Shown piece by piece: positions 9,304 to 19,464 of a stretch of 64,000 bases of DNA (its first letter is position 1; each line of letters opens with the position of its first letter). The notes under the pieces are model-generated. The model ran no database searches and was not told the DNA's origin. It was given only the letters and a program-made list of their open reading frames with translations. Made by a program: the position numbers and the translations under genes. The DNA comes from an uncultured Acidobacteriota bacterium. GTDB lineage: Bacteria > Acidobacteriota > Thermoanaerobaculia > UBA5066. The stretch is from contig CAVZYA010000002.1 in the NCBI GenBank assembly GCA_963779415.1, forward strand, positions 736,001 to 800,000, read 5' to 3'.

Positions 9304-11178
9304 ATGAGGCAGACTCTCTATAGGGCGGTCCGGACGGCGGCGAGCGCGGCGTGGAACGGGTTCCAGTGGGTGAACCGGCGTGTACCGGCCCGCTCGTTCC
9401 AGCCGGCGTGGTCGCCGGAGCCGCTTCCGAAGAGCTGGGAGCGGACGAAGCCCCCCCTCGGCTTTCCCCGTCGGACCGATTCCCTCTGCCCGACCTGCAC
9501 GAAGGAAGTTCGCGACGACATCCTGAGCGGAAAGCGCGAGCTTCGGGACCTGGTCGACGGGCGACCCGGCGAAATCCCCGCTGACATCATTCAACGCGGG
9601 AAGGAAATCTGGATGGTCAAGACGTGCCCGAAGCACGGCACGTTCGAGGACCTGATGTCGACCGACGCCGCCTTCTTCGCCCGGCTGGAGGAGAACTTCT
9701 TCGGCCGCGACGTGAAGATCGCGAAGGACACCCTGCACGACCACGGCTCGTCGTCGATGCGCCACGGCCGCGGGGCCGTCCTCACCGTCGACCTGACGAA
9801 CCGCTGCAACATGATGTGCAACCCCTGCTTCATGGACGCGAACCAGGTGGGATACGTCCACGAGCTGACGTGGGAAGACATCAAGGAGATCCTCGACAAC
9901 GCGGCCTCCATCAAGCCGCGGCGGCAGATGTCCGTCCAGTTCTCCGGCGGCGAGCCGACTCTCTCGCCGCATTTCCTTCCGGCGATCCGGTATGCCCGCG
10001 ATCTGGGGTACTTCTCCGTCCAGTGCGCGACGAACGGCGTCCGTTTCGCCCAGGAGCCCGGATTCGCGAAAGCCGCGGCCGAGGCAGGCCTCCGCCTCGC
10101 GTATCTTCAGTTCGACGGCATCGGGAACGAGCAAAACGACCATCGCGGCGTCTCGAACCTCTTCGACGTGAAGCTGGCGGCCCTCGACGCGCTCAAGGCG
10201 GCCGGGATCGACGCGACGCTGGTGATCACCATCGTCAACGGCGTGAACGACGACCAGGTGGGCGAGATCATCCGGTTCGCCGTCCGGAACGTCGACAAGA
10301 TCAACGCCCTCTCCTTCCAGCCGGTCTCCTTCACGGGGCGGGACGAAGAGATCGACGACGAGACGCGGAAGAAGCAGCGCTATACCCTCTCCCACCTCGC
10401 CCACGACGTGAAGAGACAGGCGGGGGTCGGCGAGCCGATGCGGGACTGGTTCCCCCTTTCGGCCTCCGGCCCCTTCAGCGACTTGCGCGACCTCCTCGGA
10501 GGGCTCGAGGCCGACTGGGGCTCGCTCAAGTGCGGCTGCCACCCGAACTGCGGCATCGCGACGATGGTCCTCGTCCGTCCCGAGACCGGGCAGGCGATCC
10601 CCGTGACGCAGGTTCTCGACGCCGACCGGCTCCTCCGCGATCTGACCGCCATCACCGACTCGGCGCGTGGAAGGTTCCTGACGATCTTTCAGACGGCGCT
10701 CGCCGTCGCCCGGAACATCCGCCCGGACGGCGTGCCGGGAAACCTCGGCCTCCTCGAGACGCTCAAGGTCCTCGACGGCCACACGGGGAAGTCAATGGGG
10801 ATCTCGAAATCGGGCCGGCATCCGTGGCGCGTCCTTCTCGTCGCCGGGATGTGGTTCCAGGACCTCTTCAACTACGATTTCCGGCGGACGGAGATGTGCA
10901 TCATTCCGTACGGCACGCAGCTCGGCGAAATCTCCTTCTGCGCCTACAACACGGGGGCCGGCTGGCGGAAGATCGTCGAGGAGATGCACCAGAGCGCGAC
11001 GCTCGCCCAGTGGTACAAGGAAAAGGGACGGCACCCGGTCTACGCCGGGGGCGCGCGGATCCCGCTCCCGGCCTACAGCCCGTCGGCGCCTCCCGTGGAG
11101 CTTCCCGTCGCCGCGCGCTCGGCAAACCCCTCGCCGCTGACGATGCTCCCCGCGCTCGCCCCGGCCACGGGAAAATAG
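9304..11178 (+). CDS. Radical SAM protein, tetraether lipid synthase (Tes/GDGT-MAS, MJ0619)-like
   Basis: N-terminal CPTC...CPKHG site; NRCNMMCNPC (CX3CX2C); SGGEPT; C-terminal CGCHPNC and CIIPYG..ISFCAYN. Confidence 0.8.
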   Translation: MRQTLYRAVRTAASAAWNGFQWVNRRVPARSFQPAWSPEPLPKSWERTKPPLGFPRRTDSLCPTCTKEVRDDILSGKRELRDLVDGRPGEIPADIIQRGKEIWMVKTCPKHGTFEDLMSTDAAFFARLEENFFGRDVKIAKDTLHDHGSSSMRHGRGAVLTVDLTNRCNMMCNPCFMDANQVGYVHELTWEDIKEILDNAASIKPRRQMSVQFSGGEPTLSPHFLPAIRYARDLGYFSVQCATNGVRFAQEPGFAKAAAEAGLRLAYLQFDGIGNEQNDHRGVSNLFDVKLAALDALKAAGIDATLVITIVNGVNDDQVGEIIRFAVRNVDKINALSFQPVSFTGRDEEIDDETRKKQRYTLSHLAHDVKRQAGVGEPMRDWFPLSASGPFSDLRDLLGGLEADWGSLKCGCHPNCGIATMVLVRPETGQAIPVTQVLDADRLLRDLTAITDSARGRFLTIFQTALAVARNIRPDGVPGNLGLLETLKVLDGHTGKSMGISKSGRHPWRVLLVAGMWFQDLFNYDFRRTEMCIIPYGTQLGEISFCAYNTGAGWRKIVEEMHQSATLAQWYKEKGRHPVYAGGARIPLPAYSPSAPPVELPVAARSANPSPLTMLPALAPATGK

Positions 11179-11185
11179 CGGAGTC

Positions 11186-11968
11186 CTAAGCCCTCTTTGC
11201 GAGGTCCGCGATCGCGGAGGCGACTTCTCCCGGCTGCTCCAGCGGTGCCATGTGTCCCGCCTCCGGCACGGTGAAGAGGCGGACGAACGGAGCGTTCGGG
11301 CAGGCGGCGGCCATCGCCTCGGCGTCGGTAATCGGGGTGATGGCGTCGTCTTCCCCGCAAACGACCAGCACCGGCCGGTCGAATCCCCCGAGCACGTCGA
11401 AGGCGTCGCTCCGCATGGCGAGGCCCGCGAGGTCGGCCATGGCCGTCGCGGGAGGTGTCCCGAGAATCATCTCGCGGACGAGCGTCGCGGAGGGCGTCCC
11501 CTTCGACGTCGCCGAGAGAAGCTTCGGAGCCATCGCCTCGAATGCCGAGTCGATGCCGTTCTTCCTGATTGCCGCTATCGCCTCCTTCCTCTTCGCCCGG
11601 GTCGTCTCGTCGTCCGCCGCGGCCTTCGTGTCGCAGAGAACGAGGCCTTTCAGCCGGTTTCGCATCCGCGCCCCATGGCGACGGAGGAACTCGAACGAGA
11701 CGTAGCCTCCCATCGAGAGCCCACAGAGAAAAAACGGCGCGTCGCCGGGAACGAGCGACGGGAGGTCGGCGGCGAGGTCGTCCGCAAAGAGCGACATGGG
11801 GTGAACGTCGGCCGCGGGGCGCTTCGACGACCCGCGCCCGCGGAGATCCGGTGCCGCAACGCGAGTTACGCCGCCCGTTGCGCCTCGTTCGACTAACGTG
11901 GCGAGGGCCCCCCACATCCGACGGTCGAGCGGATAGCCGTGTATGCAGAGAAGAAAGAGCTCGCTCAT
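11186..11968 (-). CDS. Alpha/beta hydrolase (PcaD-like)
   Basis: HGYPLD, PDLRGRG, GLSMGG nucleophile elbow, GEDDAITP, AGHMAPLEQP. Confidence 0.88.
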   Translation of the reverse strand: MSELFLLCIHGYPLDRRMWGALATLVERGATGGVTRVAAPDLRGRGSSKRPAADVHPMSLFADDLAADLPSLVPGDAPFFLCGLSMGGYVSFEFLRRHGARMRNRLKGLVLCDTKAAADDETTRAKRKEAIAAIRKNGIDSAFEAMAPKLLSATSKGTPSATLVREMILGTPPATAMADLAGLAMRSDAFDVLGGFDRPVLVVCGEDDAITPITDAEAMAAACPNAPFVRLFTVPEAGHMAPLEQPGEVASAIADLAKRA

Positions 11969-12339
11969 GGCTTGTACGTCGCGCTATTGCGCGTTCCTTC
12001 CCACACCGTCACCTCTTCGAGCCGGACGCCGTCCTTCAGGAGGCCGGCCTTCCCGATCTCGTCCGCCACCCAGAGGGCGACGTTCTCGGCGCTCGGGTTC
12101 TTCCGGTCGAAGGGGGGGATCGTGTTGAGGTCCCGGTTCTGGAGGCGCGAGGCGAGATCCCTCACGAGCGCCTCCGTCGGGACGAAGTCGACGGAGAGGT
12201 CGTACGCGCCGAGCTTCTCGACGCCGAGGGCGACCTCGATCTTCCACGAATGCCCGTGGACCGGCTCGGGCCCGCCGACGTAGTCGACGAGGTGGTGCGC
12301 CGCCTCGAAGGTGGCGTGGCAGCGGACGGTCCAGCCCAT
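11965..12339 (-). CDS. 6-pyruvoyl/6-carboxy-tetrahydropterin synthase (QueD/PTPS family; ExxHGH variant)
   Basis: FEAAHHL, EPVHGHSW, NPSAENVA, VWE. Confidence 0.85.
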   Translation of the reverse strand: MGWTVRCHATFEAAHHLVDYVGGPEPVHGHSWKIEVALGVEKLGAYDLSVDFVPTEALVRDLASRLQNRDLNTIPPFDRKNPSAENVALWVADEIGKAGLLKDGVRLEEVTVWEGTRNSATYKP

Positions 12340-12348
12340 GCGCCGAGT

Positions 12349-12891
12349 CTAAGCCGTGAGGACGGTTTCTTCCCGGACGACCCGGATGGCGTGCTGGTCT
12401 TCCGGGGCGAGGCCGTACGCCGCCTCGAGGAATCGCTTCGGCGTCGTCGCGCCGTCGCCCGCGATCCGGAGCCGCTCGACGCGCGTCTCGCCGTCCGGGA
12501 GGACGAAACGGTAGACGGCCTCCTTCGCCGTTTTCCCGAGCGAAGGGGCGCCTTTCGGAAGCTCCGACCAGCCCGTGATCCGGACACCTTCGGGAAGGCG
12601 CGCGTTCACGGCGGCGAGGTGCCCGTCCGAAAGGGCGTCGAGGGTGTCGACGTCGAACAGCTCGTGCCTCGATTCCAGACCGAGCGGAAGCGCCGGCCCC
12701 ATCGACATCCGGATGTGCGGGTTGTACCCCTCGGTGTAGCGGATCGGCGCCCGGGCGGCGCGGAAGGCACGCTCGAGGAGATCCATGACGTTCCGGTGCG
12801 AGAGATATCGCGCATCGCGGAGCTTCTCGAACGAGACCCGGTACGTTCGAGCGGTCGCGGGCACAGGAGCCGCACGGCCGTCGCCGACCAT
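12349..12891 (-). CDS. DUF2344 / TIGR03936 radical SAM-linked domain (probably the C-terminus of the upstream gene, split by a frameshift)
   Basis: FEKLRDARYLSHRNVMDLLERAFRAARAPIRYTEGYNPH..MGPALPLGLES. Confidence 0.8.
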   Translation of the reverse strand: MVGDGRAAPVPATARTYRVSFEKLRDARYLSHRNVMDLLERAFRAARAPIRYTEGYNPHIRMSMGPALPLGLESRHELFDVDTLDALSDGHLAAVNARLPEGVRITGWSELPKGAPSLGKTAKEAVYRFVLPDGETRVERLRIAGDGATTPKRFLEAAYGLAPEDQHAIRVVREETVLTA

Positions 12892-12965
12892 GCGGCGTGA
12901 CGCCAGGGAAGGAAGATCTGGCAGGGATTTCTTCTTATATGCGGCGGCTGCTGGTGCAGCCGCCG

Positions 12966-14924
12966 CTAGAAGCGAATCTGCCGCTCCGGCGGCCGGTGAA
13001 GGGCGCGCCTGCGCACCGCTTTGCGGTCCGGACCCTGACCGGCTGCGGAGTGGACGTTCTTCGATCCGAAGGAGAAGCCCTCGGGCAGCGGGCTGGCCAG
13101 CACCGTGTCCTCGCCGTCGCCGGGGACGCCGCAGGCGTAGCAGTGTCCCCACTTGCAGTCGTCGGTTTCCATCTCCTTCAGTGCCTTCTTCCACTCGACG
13201 ACGAGGAACGGCTTCCGGATGAAGGCGTCGACGACGTCCCACGGAAGGGTCTCCTTCTGGTCTTTCTGGCGAAGGTGGCGCTCCTTCGGAATCCCGGCCG
13301 CCGCGAGCGCCTCGTTCCACCGCTCCCACGAGAAGTGCTCCGACCAGCCGTCGAACCGCCCCCCGCGCCGAAAGACCTCCAGAATGGCTCGCGACATTCG
13401 TCGGTCTCCAAGAGAGAGCAGCGCCTCGATCTCGGCCTCCTTCGGCGCGTGCCACTTCAGCTTCGCGCCTCTTACGGAGCGGAACTTCTCCTTCAGGCAG
13501 GAGAGCTTCCTTTCGAGAGTCTCGACGCCGTCGAACGGGGACCACTGGAACGGCGTGAAGCTCTTCGGGACGAAGGAGCCGATCGAGACGTGGACGGTGG
13601 GGCGGATCCCGTGCTTCCGCCCCTCGGCGAGGAGATTTCTCACGAGCGTCACGAGCTCGTCGAGGTCCGCGTCCGTCTCGGTCGGCAGGCCGATCATCGT
13701 GTAGACCTTGATCAGGTCCCAGCCGCGCCCGAAGGCGACGTCGGCGGCCTTCACCATGTCGGCGTTCGTAAAGGTCTTGTTGATGACGCGGCGAAGGCGG
13801 TCGGAGCCGGTTTCGGGGGCGAAGGTGAAGCCCGACTTCCGGACCTCCGACACGGCGTCGGCGAGGGCGACCGAAAACGCCTCGGCCCGGAGCGACGGGA
13901 GCGAGATGGAGACCTTCGTCTTCGCAAGTTCCGGCGCGAGGCAGGCGACGAGCGGCTCGATCTGGGAATAGTCGGCCGAGGAGAGCGAGAGGAGGCCCAC
14001 CTCGCTCCATCCCGCCTCGTCGATGAAGGCCTTCGTGGCCCGGGCGACGTCGGCCGGGTCCAGCTCGCGAACCGGGCGATACCAGTAGCCGGCCTGACAG
14101 AAACGGCACCCCTGCGTGCAGCCGCGCATGATCTCGAGGCCGAGCCGGTCCTGGACGATCTCGACGGACGGGACCATCGGCTTTGCGGCGTAGACCTCTG
14201 CGGAGAGCCTCTCGACCCAGACGCGCGAGGCGCGCGCGGGAACGCCGGGAGCGATCGGACGGTACGAGACGACCCGGTCGCCGTCGTACTCGACGTCGTA
14301 GAGCGACGGGACGTAGAGCCCGGGAATCGCCGCGAAGCGGAGGAGGCGCTCGTGGCGGGGTAGCCCTTTCGTCCGCTCGATCTCCTCGAGGAAGCGCGGA
14401 AAGGCCTCCTCGCCGTCGCCGATCAGGAAGAGGTCGAAGAAGTCCGCTACCGGCTCCGGGTTCGCGACGCAGGGCCCACCGCCGATGATCAGCGGGTCTT
14501 CGTCCGTGCGGTCTTCGGCGAGGACCGGTATCCCGGAGAGATCGAGGAGGTTCGGGACGTTCGTGTAGTTCAGCTCGCTCTGGAGCGAGAAGCCGACGAC
14601 GTCGAAGTCTTGGACGGGAGCGGACGACTCGACGGCAAAGAGCGGGATCCCCTCGCGACGGAGGACGGCTTCGAAGTCGACCCACGGCGCGTAGGTCCGC
14701 TCGCAGGCCCACGCCTCTCTCCGGTTCACGATCTCGTAGAGGATCTTCGTCCCCGTGTGGCTCATCCCGATCTCGTAGGTGTCGGGAAAGGCGAGGCAGA
14801 CCGTCACGGCGCGCGAAGCGAGCTCCTTTTGCGTCACGTTTCGCTCGAGGCCCAGATAACGCCCCGGCCGCTCCACCGAGAGGAGGAACGGCTCGAACCG
14901 GGGACGGAGGGAGGCGTAGCGCAT
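12966..14924 (-). CDS. TIGR03960-family B12-binding radical SAM protein
   Basis: VERPGRYLGLERN, FPDTYEIGMSH, EIMRGCTQGCRFCQAG, SGFTFAPETG, C-terminal CKWGHCYACGV. Confidence 0.88.
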   Translation of the reverse strand: MRYASLRPRFEPFLLSVERPGRYLGLERNVTQKELASRAVTVCLAFPDTYEIGMSHTGTKILYEIVNRREAWACERTYAPWVDFEAVLRREGIPLFAVESSAPVQDFDVVGFSLQSELNYTNVPNLLDLSGIPVLAEDRTDEDPLIIGGGPCVANPEPVADFFDLFLIGDGEEAFPRFLEEIERTKGLPRHERLLRFAAIPGLYVPSLYDVEYDGDRVVSYRPIAPGVPARASRVWVERLSAEVYAAKPMVPSVEIVQDRLGLEIMRGCTQGCRFCQAGYWYRPVRELDPADVARATKAFIDEAGWSEVGLLSLSSADYSQIEPLVACLAPELAKTKVSISLPSLRAEAFSVALADAVSEVRKSGFTFAPETGSDRLRRVINKTFTNADMVKAADVAFGRGWDLIKVYTMIGLPTETDADLDELVTLVRNLLAEGRKHGIRPTVHVSIGSFVPKSFTPFQWSPFDGVETLERKLSCLKEKFRSVRGAKLKWHAPKEAEIEALLSLGDRRMSRAILEVFRRGGRFDGWSEHFSWERWNEALAAAGIPKERHLRQKDQKETLPWDVVDAFIRKPFLVVEWKKALKEMETDDCKWGHCYACGVPGDGEDTVLASPLPEGFSFGSKNVHSAAGQGPDRKAVRRRALHRPPERQIRF

Positions 14925-14979
14925 CGCGGCGGAACCGGCCCTCCAGTCTAGACGCGTTCTCAGGATCGGGCCAGCCCCG

Positions 14980-17769
14980 TCACGGCCCTTTCGGAGCGGG
15001 GGGAAGGTGGTTCCAGTTCAGGAGCGCGTTCCAGACGAGGCGGAAGGCCGCCGCCGTCTGATATCGGTGGATCGGGTCGAAGTCGAAGGCGAGGACACGT
15101 CCCGCACCCGTCGGGATCTCGAAGATCGCTCCCTTCCCGGCGAGGTCCTTTCCCCCCTTGATCCCGCCGCTCACGACGAGCGGCGGCTCGTCGGGCTTCT
15201 TCTCTTTCGCGCCGCCGTTCTCTTTCGCGTCATCCTCCCCTTCGAGCGCCGGATCCACGAGGGGTTTCGTCCCGTAGGCAAGGACGATCCGTCCGCGGTC
15301 GGCCCTCCGGACGTCGTACACGGGGAGCTTCTCCCGGAAGATGACGGTCGTCTCCTTGTATCCCCAGCCGATCGGGTCTCCGGGATGCGAGAAACGCGCG
15401 CGGAGGTGGCTTCCCGGGGTCTCGAGGTCCTTCACCCGCGCGCGGCGGACGTCGCGGGCGATGCCGCCGTCGAGAGGGAGCGTCGAGGCTCCCCCCAACG
15501 TGACGAGGAGACCCCCTTTTCGAACGAACTCCTCGATGTTTCCGACGCCGCGCCACGTGAGTCCCCCCGTGATGTCGGGCGAAGAGGTGGGCGTCCCGAG
15601 CGATGGAGTCGCCGCCGTCTTCGTGTAGGGGAGCGGCGACCACTTCGGGTCGATTCCGCCGACGAGCCCCTTCAGGTCGAGATGCGTGTGCGGAACGAGG
15701 AGAACGTCGAACCGCTCGTTCAGCTTCCCGGCCCTCGCGTCTTCGTCCATGACGAGGGTGTAAGGGATCCGCTCCTCGTCGAAGAGCATCCGGACCCAGC
15801 CGGGGGACTGCGTGTCGGCCCACGTCTGGAGGAGGCCGACGCGCGGAAGGTCGAGCGGGTGGCGCGGCCCTTCGGGAAGGGACGGCGCCGACGCGAACTC
15901 GAGGCCCAGCTCCTTCGCGACGACGTCGAGGGCCGCGGCGAGCCCGTTCTGCGGCGGCAGGACCCACGAGCCCGGCGGGTAGGTCACGCCGCCGGCGGCG
16001 AACGGCGCCTCGGCCGCTTCGACGCGAAAGCGGGCGAGCCGGACGCGCGCCGCGAGCACCGCTTCCTCTCCCGTCTCCCGGAGGAGAAAGACCGGCCCGC
16101 TTCCGACGACGCGGCCGGGAAAGACGACGTCGGCCGAGACCGGCTCGGTCGCCACCGCCTTGACGGCCGGGTCGGCGATCGTCTTCGCGGTCACCCCGAA
16201 GCTCGGCGGGAGCGACCAGCTGACGTCGTCGTAGGGCTCCCACGACGTCTTCTCGATCGGAAACTTCTGCGGCAGGAGAAGGTCGAGCGCGAAGCCGCGA
16301 TAGGGCTGCGCCATCCTGACGACGAACGTCCCGGCGGGGAACTCTCCCTCCTTCACGCGGAACGGAGCCTTCGATCGGCTCACTTCGATTCCGTGCGCCC
16401 GGAGGAGGTTCACGAGGGTCGCGAGGAGGCGCTTGTCGTCCTGTGCCTCGGGGAGGACGACGGCGTACGGCGCTTCGGTATCGCCCTTCGCGACGGCGTT
16501 CCGTCCCCGCCGCCAGAAGTTCCGGAGAAGCTCCTCGCGGCCGCGGGCGGCGTATTGGAGCGCGACGAGAACGCCGGTCTCCATGTAGTTCGTGTTGTCG
16601 CGGAGCGACCACTTGAAGGGCTTCTTCGGCGCCGGGAGGGCGCGGTACCAGTCGGTCTCCGTGACGGACTTCCCCGCGAACCGGTTCCGCTCGGGGTCGA
16701 GCCAGCGCTCCACGGTCTCCGCCGTCGCGTTTCCGAACGTCTCGTAGCCGCGCCCGATGGCGTTGTGGTTCGTCGCGACGGAATCGGCGTAGAACTGCGA
16801 CCACCCCTCCGTGAAGCCCCATGTCCAGACGCCCGGCATCCCGAAGGCGGTGAGAGCGGTCACCTCGTTCAGGGCGAAGGCCTGGATCTCGACGGCCGTG
16901 ATCGGGTCCACGTTCGCGTTGTAGGGGCCGGTCCCGGTCCAGATCGTCATCAGCGGGATCGATTCGTGGAGGTCGTGGACGACGACGGGATGCCAGGCGA
17001 GGAAGGCGTCCTGCGTGGCGCGGGTGAGCGCGAGCTTCCGCTGGATGCCGTCCCGGTTGTTGTCGTGCTTTACGTAACGGCCCCAATAGGGGGGCGAGAG
17101 AGGGGGGAGCGCGTCGAAGTCGGTCTTCCCCTTCAGGAACCGGGTGAACCACTCGACCTCGCGGTCGCGCCCGTCCGGCTCGGCGACCGGGTTGATCAGG
17201 ACGACGAGGTTTTCGCGGATCTCCTTGACGTGTGGCTCGTTCGAGACGGCGAGCCGGTAGGCGAGTTCCATCAGCATCTCGGGGCTGCCGGTCTCCGTGG
17301 AATGGAGGCCGCCGTGGAGCATGTAGAAAGGAACCGTCTCACCGACGATGCGCTCCATCGCCGCCTCGTCCGTCCGCCGCGGGTCGGCGAGCGCCGCCAT
17401 CGACTCTTTCAGGGCCGCGAGGCGGGCGAGGTTCCGCTCGCCGCCGACGGCGACGAGGAGAATCTCCCGCCCTTCCTCGCTCTTCCCGATCGCCTCGACG
17501 CGAACGCGCGGCGTCGCGGCGGCGAGGGCCCGGTAGTAGGCGTAGATCCTTGCCGTCCCGGTCAGCTCGCCGGGCGCTCCGGCCACGTGTCCGAGGAACA
17601 CCGTCGGCGACGGGACGACGGGAGAGGCCGGAACATCCGCGACCCACGGCGAGAGGAAGCGCGTTTCGGTCGTCGCGGCGGCGATCGCTTCGCGCGAGCC
17701 CGGCTCCGGGACGTCCGGCCTCCCGGGGGGGGCGGCGAGCGCGAGAGCGAGAAGAGCGGGGACGAGCAT
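14980..17769 (-). CDS. Secreted M14-family zinc carboxypeptidase-like protein
   Basis: Signal peptide; GKSEEGR, HSTE, EPDG, DNNRD, DLHE zinc motifs. Confidence 0.85.
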   Translation of the reverse strand: MLVPALLALALAAPPGRPDVPEPGSREAIAAATTETRFLSPWVADVPASPVVPSPTVFLGHVAGAPGELTGTARIYAYYRALAAATPRVRVEAIGKSEEGREILLVAVGGERNLARLAALKESMAALADPRRTDEAAMERIVGETVPFYMLHGGLHSTETGSPEMLMELAYRLAVSNEPHVKEIRENLVVLINPVAEPDGRDREVEWFTRFLKGKTDFDALPPLSPPYWGRYVKHDNNRDGIQRKLALTRATQDAFLAWHPVVVHDLHESIPLMTIWTGTGPYNANVDPITAVEIQAFALNEVTALTAFGMPGVWTWGFTEGWSQFYADSVATNHNAIGRGYETFGNATAETVERWLDPERNRFAGKSVTETDWYRALPAPKKPFKWSLRDNTNYMETGVLVALQYAARGREELLRNFWRRGRNAVAKGDTEAPYAVVLPEAQDDKRLLATLVNLLRAHGIEVSRSKAPFRVKEGEFPAGTFVVRMAQPYRGFALDLLLPQKFPIEKTSWEPYDDVSWSLPPSFGVTAKTIADPAVKAVATEPVSADVVFPGRVVGSGPVFLLRETGEEAVLAARVRLARFRVEAAEAPFAAGGVTYPPGSWVLPPQNGLAAALDVVAKELGLEFASAPSLPEGPRHPLDLPRVGLLQTWADTQSPGWVRMLFDEERIPYTLVMDEDARAGKLNERFDVLLVPHTHLDLKGLVGGIDPKWSPLPYTKTAATPSLGTPTSSPDITGGLTWRGVGNIEEFVRKGGLLVTLGGASTLPLDGGIARDVRRARVKDLETPGSHLRARFSHPGDPIGWGYKETTVIFREKLPVYDVRRADRGRIVLAYGTKPLVDPALEGEDDAKENGGAKEKKPDEPPLVVSGGIKGGKDLAGKGAIFEIPTGAGRVLAFDFDPIHRYQTAAAFRLVWNALLNWNHLPPAPKGP

Positions 17770-17930
17770 GTGCGGCCTCCTCGTGCCGGAAGGAAGGCTA
17801 CCAGCCCTCTTCGAGCCCTCTCATGCCCGGATCGGAATCGCCGGAAGCGGGACCGGCATTTTTTGGGGCGCGGATTCTACGCTTCTCCCGCCGGGAGGGA
17901 ACAGGTCCCGCCGCTTTCTCCGCGACCGGT

Positions 17931-17960
17931 TTGACTCGCTCGCGGGGACGGTCCTAGAGT
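17931..17960 (+). promoter_or_regulatory. Candidate sigma70 promoter TTGACT-N18-TAGAGT
   Basis: Near-consensus -35/-10 hexamers ending 9 nt before the ATG at 17970. Confidence 0.5.
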
Positions 17961-17969
17961 GCCGTAGAG

Positions 17970-18338
17970 ATGGCCCTCGACGACAGAGTCCGCGCGCACC
18001 TGAAGGACCTCGGCTCCGCGCTGAACGAGGCGGTCTCCGCGTCGTCGAAGGTCCACGAGATCCTCGGGAAGGTGAAGGCCGAGGGGTACGAGCCGTACCT
18101 CGTCCTCGATGCGACGGTGGCTCTCGACCGGCGCGGACGCCGCTCCTCCGCGGCGCTCCCCTCCATCCGTCGCGGGACGCCGACACGTGGCGACGGCGAA
18201 GGGACAACGTTCCAGATCAACGTCAAGGACCTGAACCTCCTTCGTTCGCTCGGCATCGACCCGACGCGCCCGGTGCGTTCAGGGCGCCGATCTGCGGCCA
18301 CGGTCACGATCCGTTCCACGGTCTCGCGCAAGGGCTGA
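17970..18338 (+). CDS. Hypothetical protein
   Basis: Genome-like codon usage; helical protein; upstream promoter-like motif. Confidence 0.7.
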   Translation: MALDDRVRAHLKDLGSALNEAVSASSKVHEILGKVKAEGYEPYLVLDATVALDRRGRRSSAALPSIRRGTPTRGDGEGTTFQINVKDLNLLRSLGIDPTRPVRSGRRSAATVTIRSTVSRKG

Positions 18339-18366
18339 GCGCCCGGCGCACCGGGCGGCGACCTCG

Positions 18367-19464
18367 ATGGATCTCCTCGGCCTTCCGGCTGCCGATCTCG
18401 CCCGCCTCCTCCGCGACGCGGCACCCGAGGCGTACCGTGCGGCCCAGATCCAGCGCTGGATCTGGGACCGCCGAGCCTCCTCGTTTTCGGAGATGACCGA
18501 CCTGCCCAGGGAGATGCGCGCGGCGCTCGCGGAGCGGTTCACGATCGGCCTGCCGAGGGTCGTCTCCCGCTCGCCGGCCGAGGACGGCGCGGAGAAGTTC
18601 CTCCTCGAATTCGCCGACGGCGTCCGTGTCGAAGCGGTCTTCATGATCGACTCGAAGCGCCGTCCGGCCGCGGAGGCCTCCGAAAGCTCTCCCGGGACGC
18701 GGATCACGATCTGCCTCTCCTCGCAGGCCGGCTGCGCGATCGACTGCGCCTTCTGCGTCACGGGGCGGATGGGGGCGGGGCGGAACCTGACGGCGGGGGA
18801 GATCGTCGGCCAGTACCTCGTCCTCGCGCGCGAGAAGCGCGTGGCCCCTCGCGGGGCGAACGTCGTCTTCATGGGAATGGGGGAGCCGCTCCTGAACGTC
18901 GCGAACGTCTCGGTGGCGCTCGACCTCCTCTCGCGCGAGGTCTCGCCGCGGCGGACGACGGTCTCGACGGCCGGCATCGTCCCCGGAATCGAGGCGCTCG
19001 CCCTCCGGCCGCACCGGCCGAACCTCGCCGTCTCGCTCTCGGCGGCCGACGACGCGACACGGAGCCGGCTGGTGCCGGTCAACCGGATCCACCCGCTCGC
19101 GGAGCTCTTCGCGGCCCTGAGGAAATGGCCCCTCGAGAAGGGACGGCGAATCACCTTCGAGTGGGTCCTCATCGCGGGGGTGAACGACTCGCCCGAGATG
19201 GCGAAGCGGCTCGCGGCTCTCTCACGCCAACTCCCCTCCAAGGTGAATCTCATCCCTCTCAACGAGTCGGCAAAATGGCTTCCCGGGATGAAGCGGCCGT
19301 CGCCCGCCGCCATCGACGCCTTCGCGCGCGCTCTCGCCGCCGCGAACGTGGACGTGACGGTCCGGTGGTCGAAGGGACTGCAGGCCGACGCGGCCTGCGG
19401 GCAGCTCAAGGGACGCGAGACTCCGCGGCGAGGGGGCGGGGCGCGGGAGCCCGCCGGAAGCTGA
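18367..19464 (+). CDS. rlmN: Dual-specificity RNA methyltransferase RlmN
   Basis: CLSSQAGCAIDCAFCVTG, NVVFMGMGEPL, KVNLIPLN, AACGQL. Confidence 0.95.
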   Translation: MDLLGLPAADLARLLRDAAPEAYRAAQIQRWIWDRRASSFSEMTDLPREMRAALAERFTIGLPRVVSRSPAEDGAEKFLLEFADGVRVEAVFMIDSKRRPAAEASESSPGTRITICLSSQAGCAIDCAFCVTGRMGAGRNLTAGEIVGQYLVLAREKRVAPRGANVVFMGMGEPLLNVANVSVALDLLSREVSPRRTTVSTAGIVPGIEALALRPHRPNLAVSLSAADDATRSRLVPVNRIHPLAELFAALRKWPLEKGRRITFEWVLIAGVNDSPEMAKRLAALSRQLPSKVNLIPLNESAKWLPGMKRPSPAAIDAFARALAAANVDVTVRWSKGLQADAACGQLKGRETPRRGGGAREPAGS

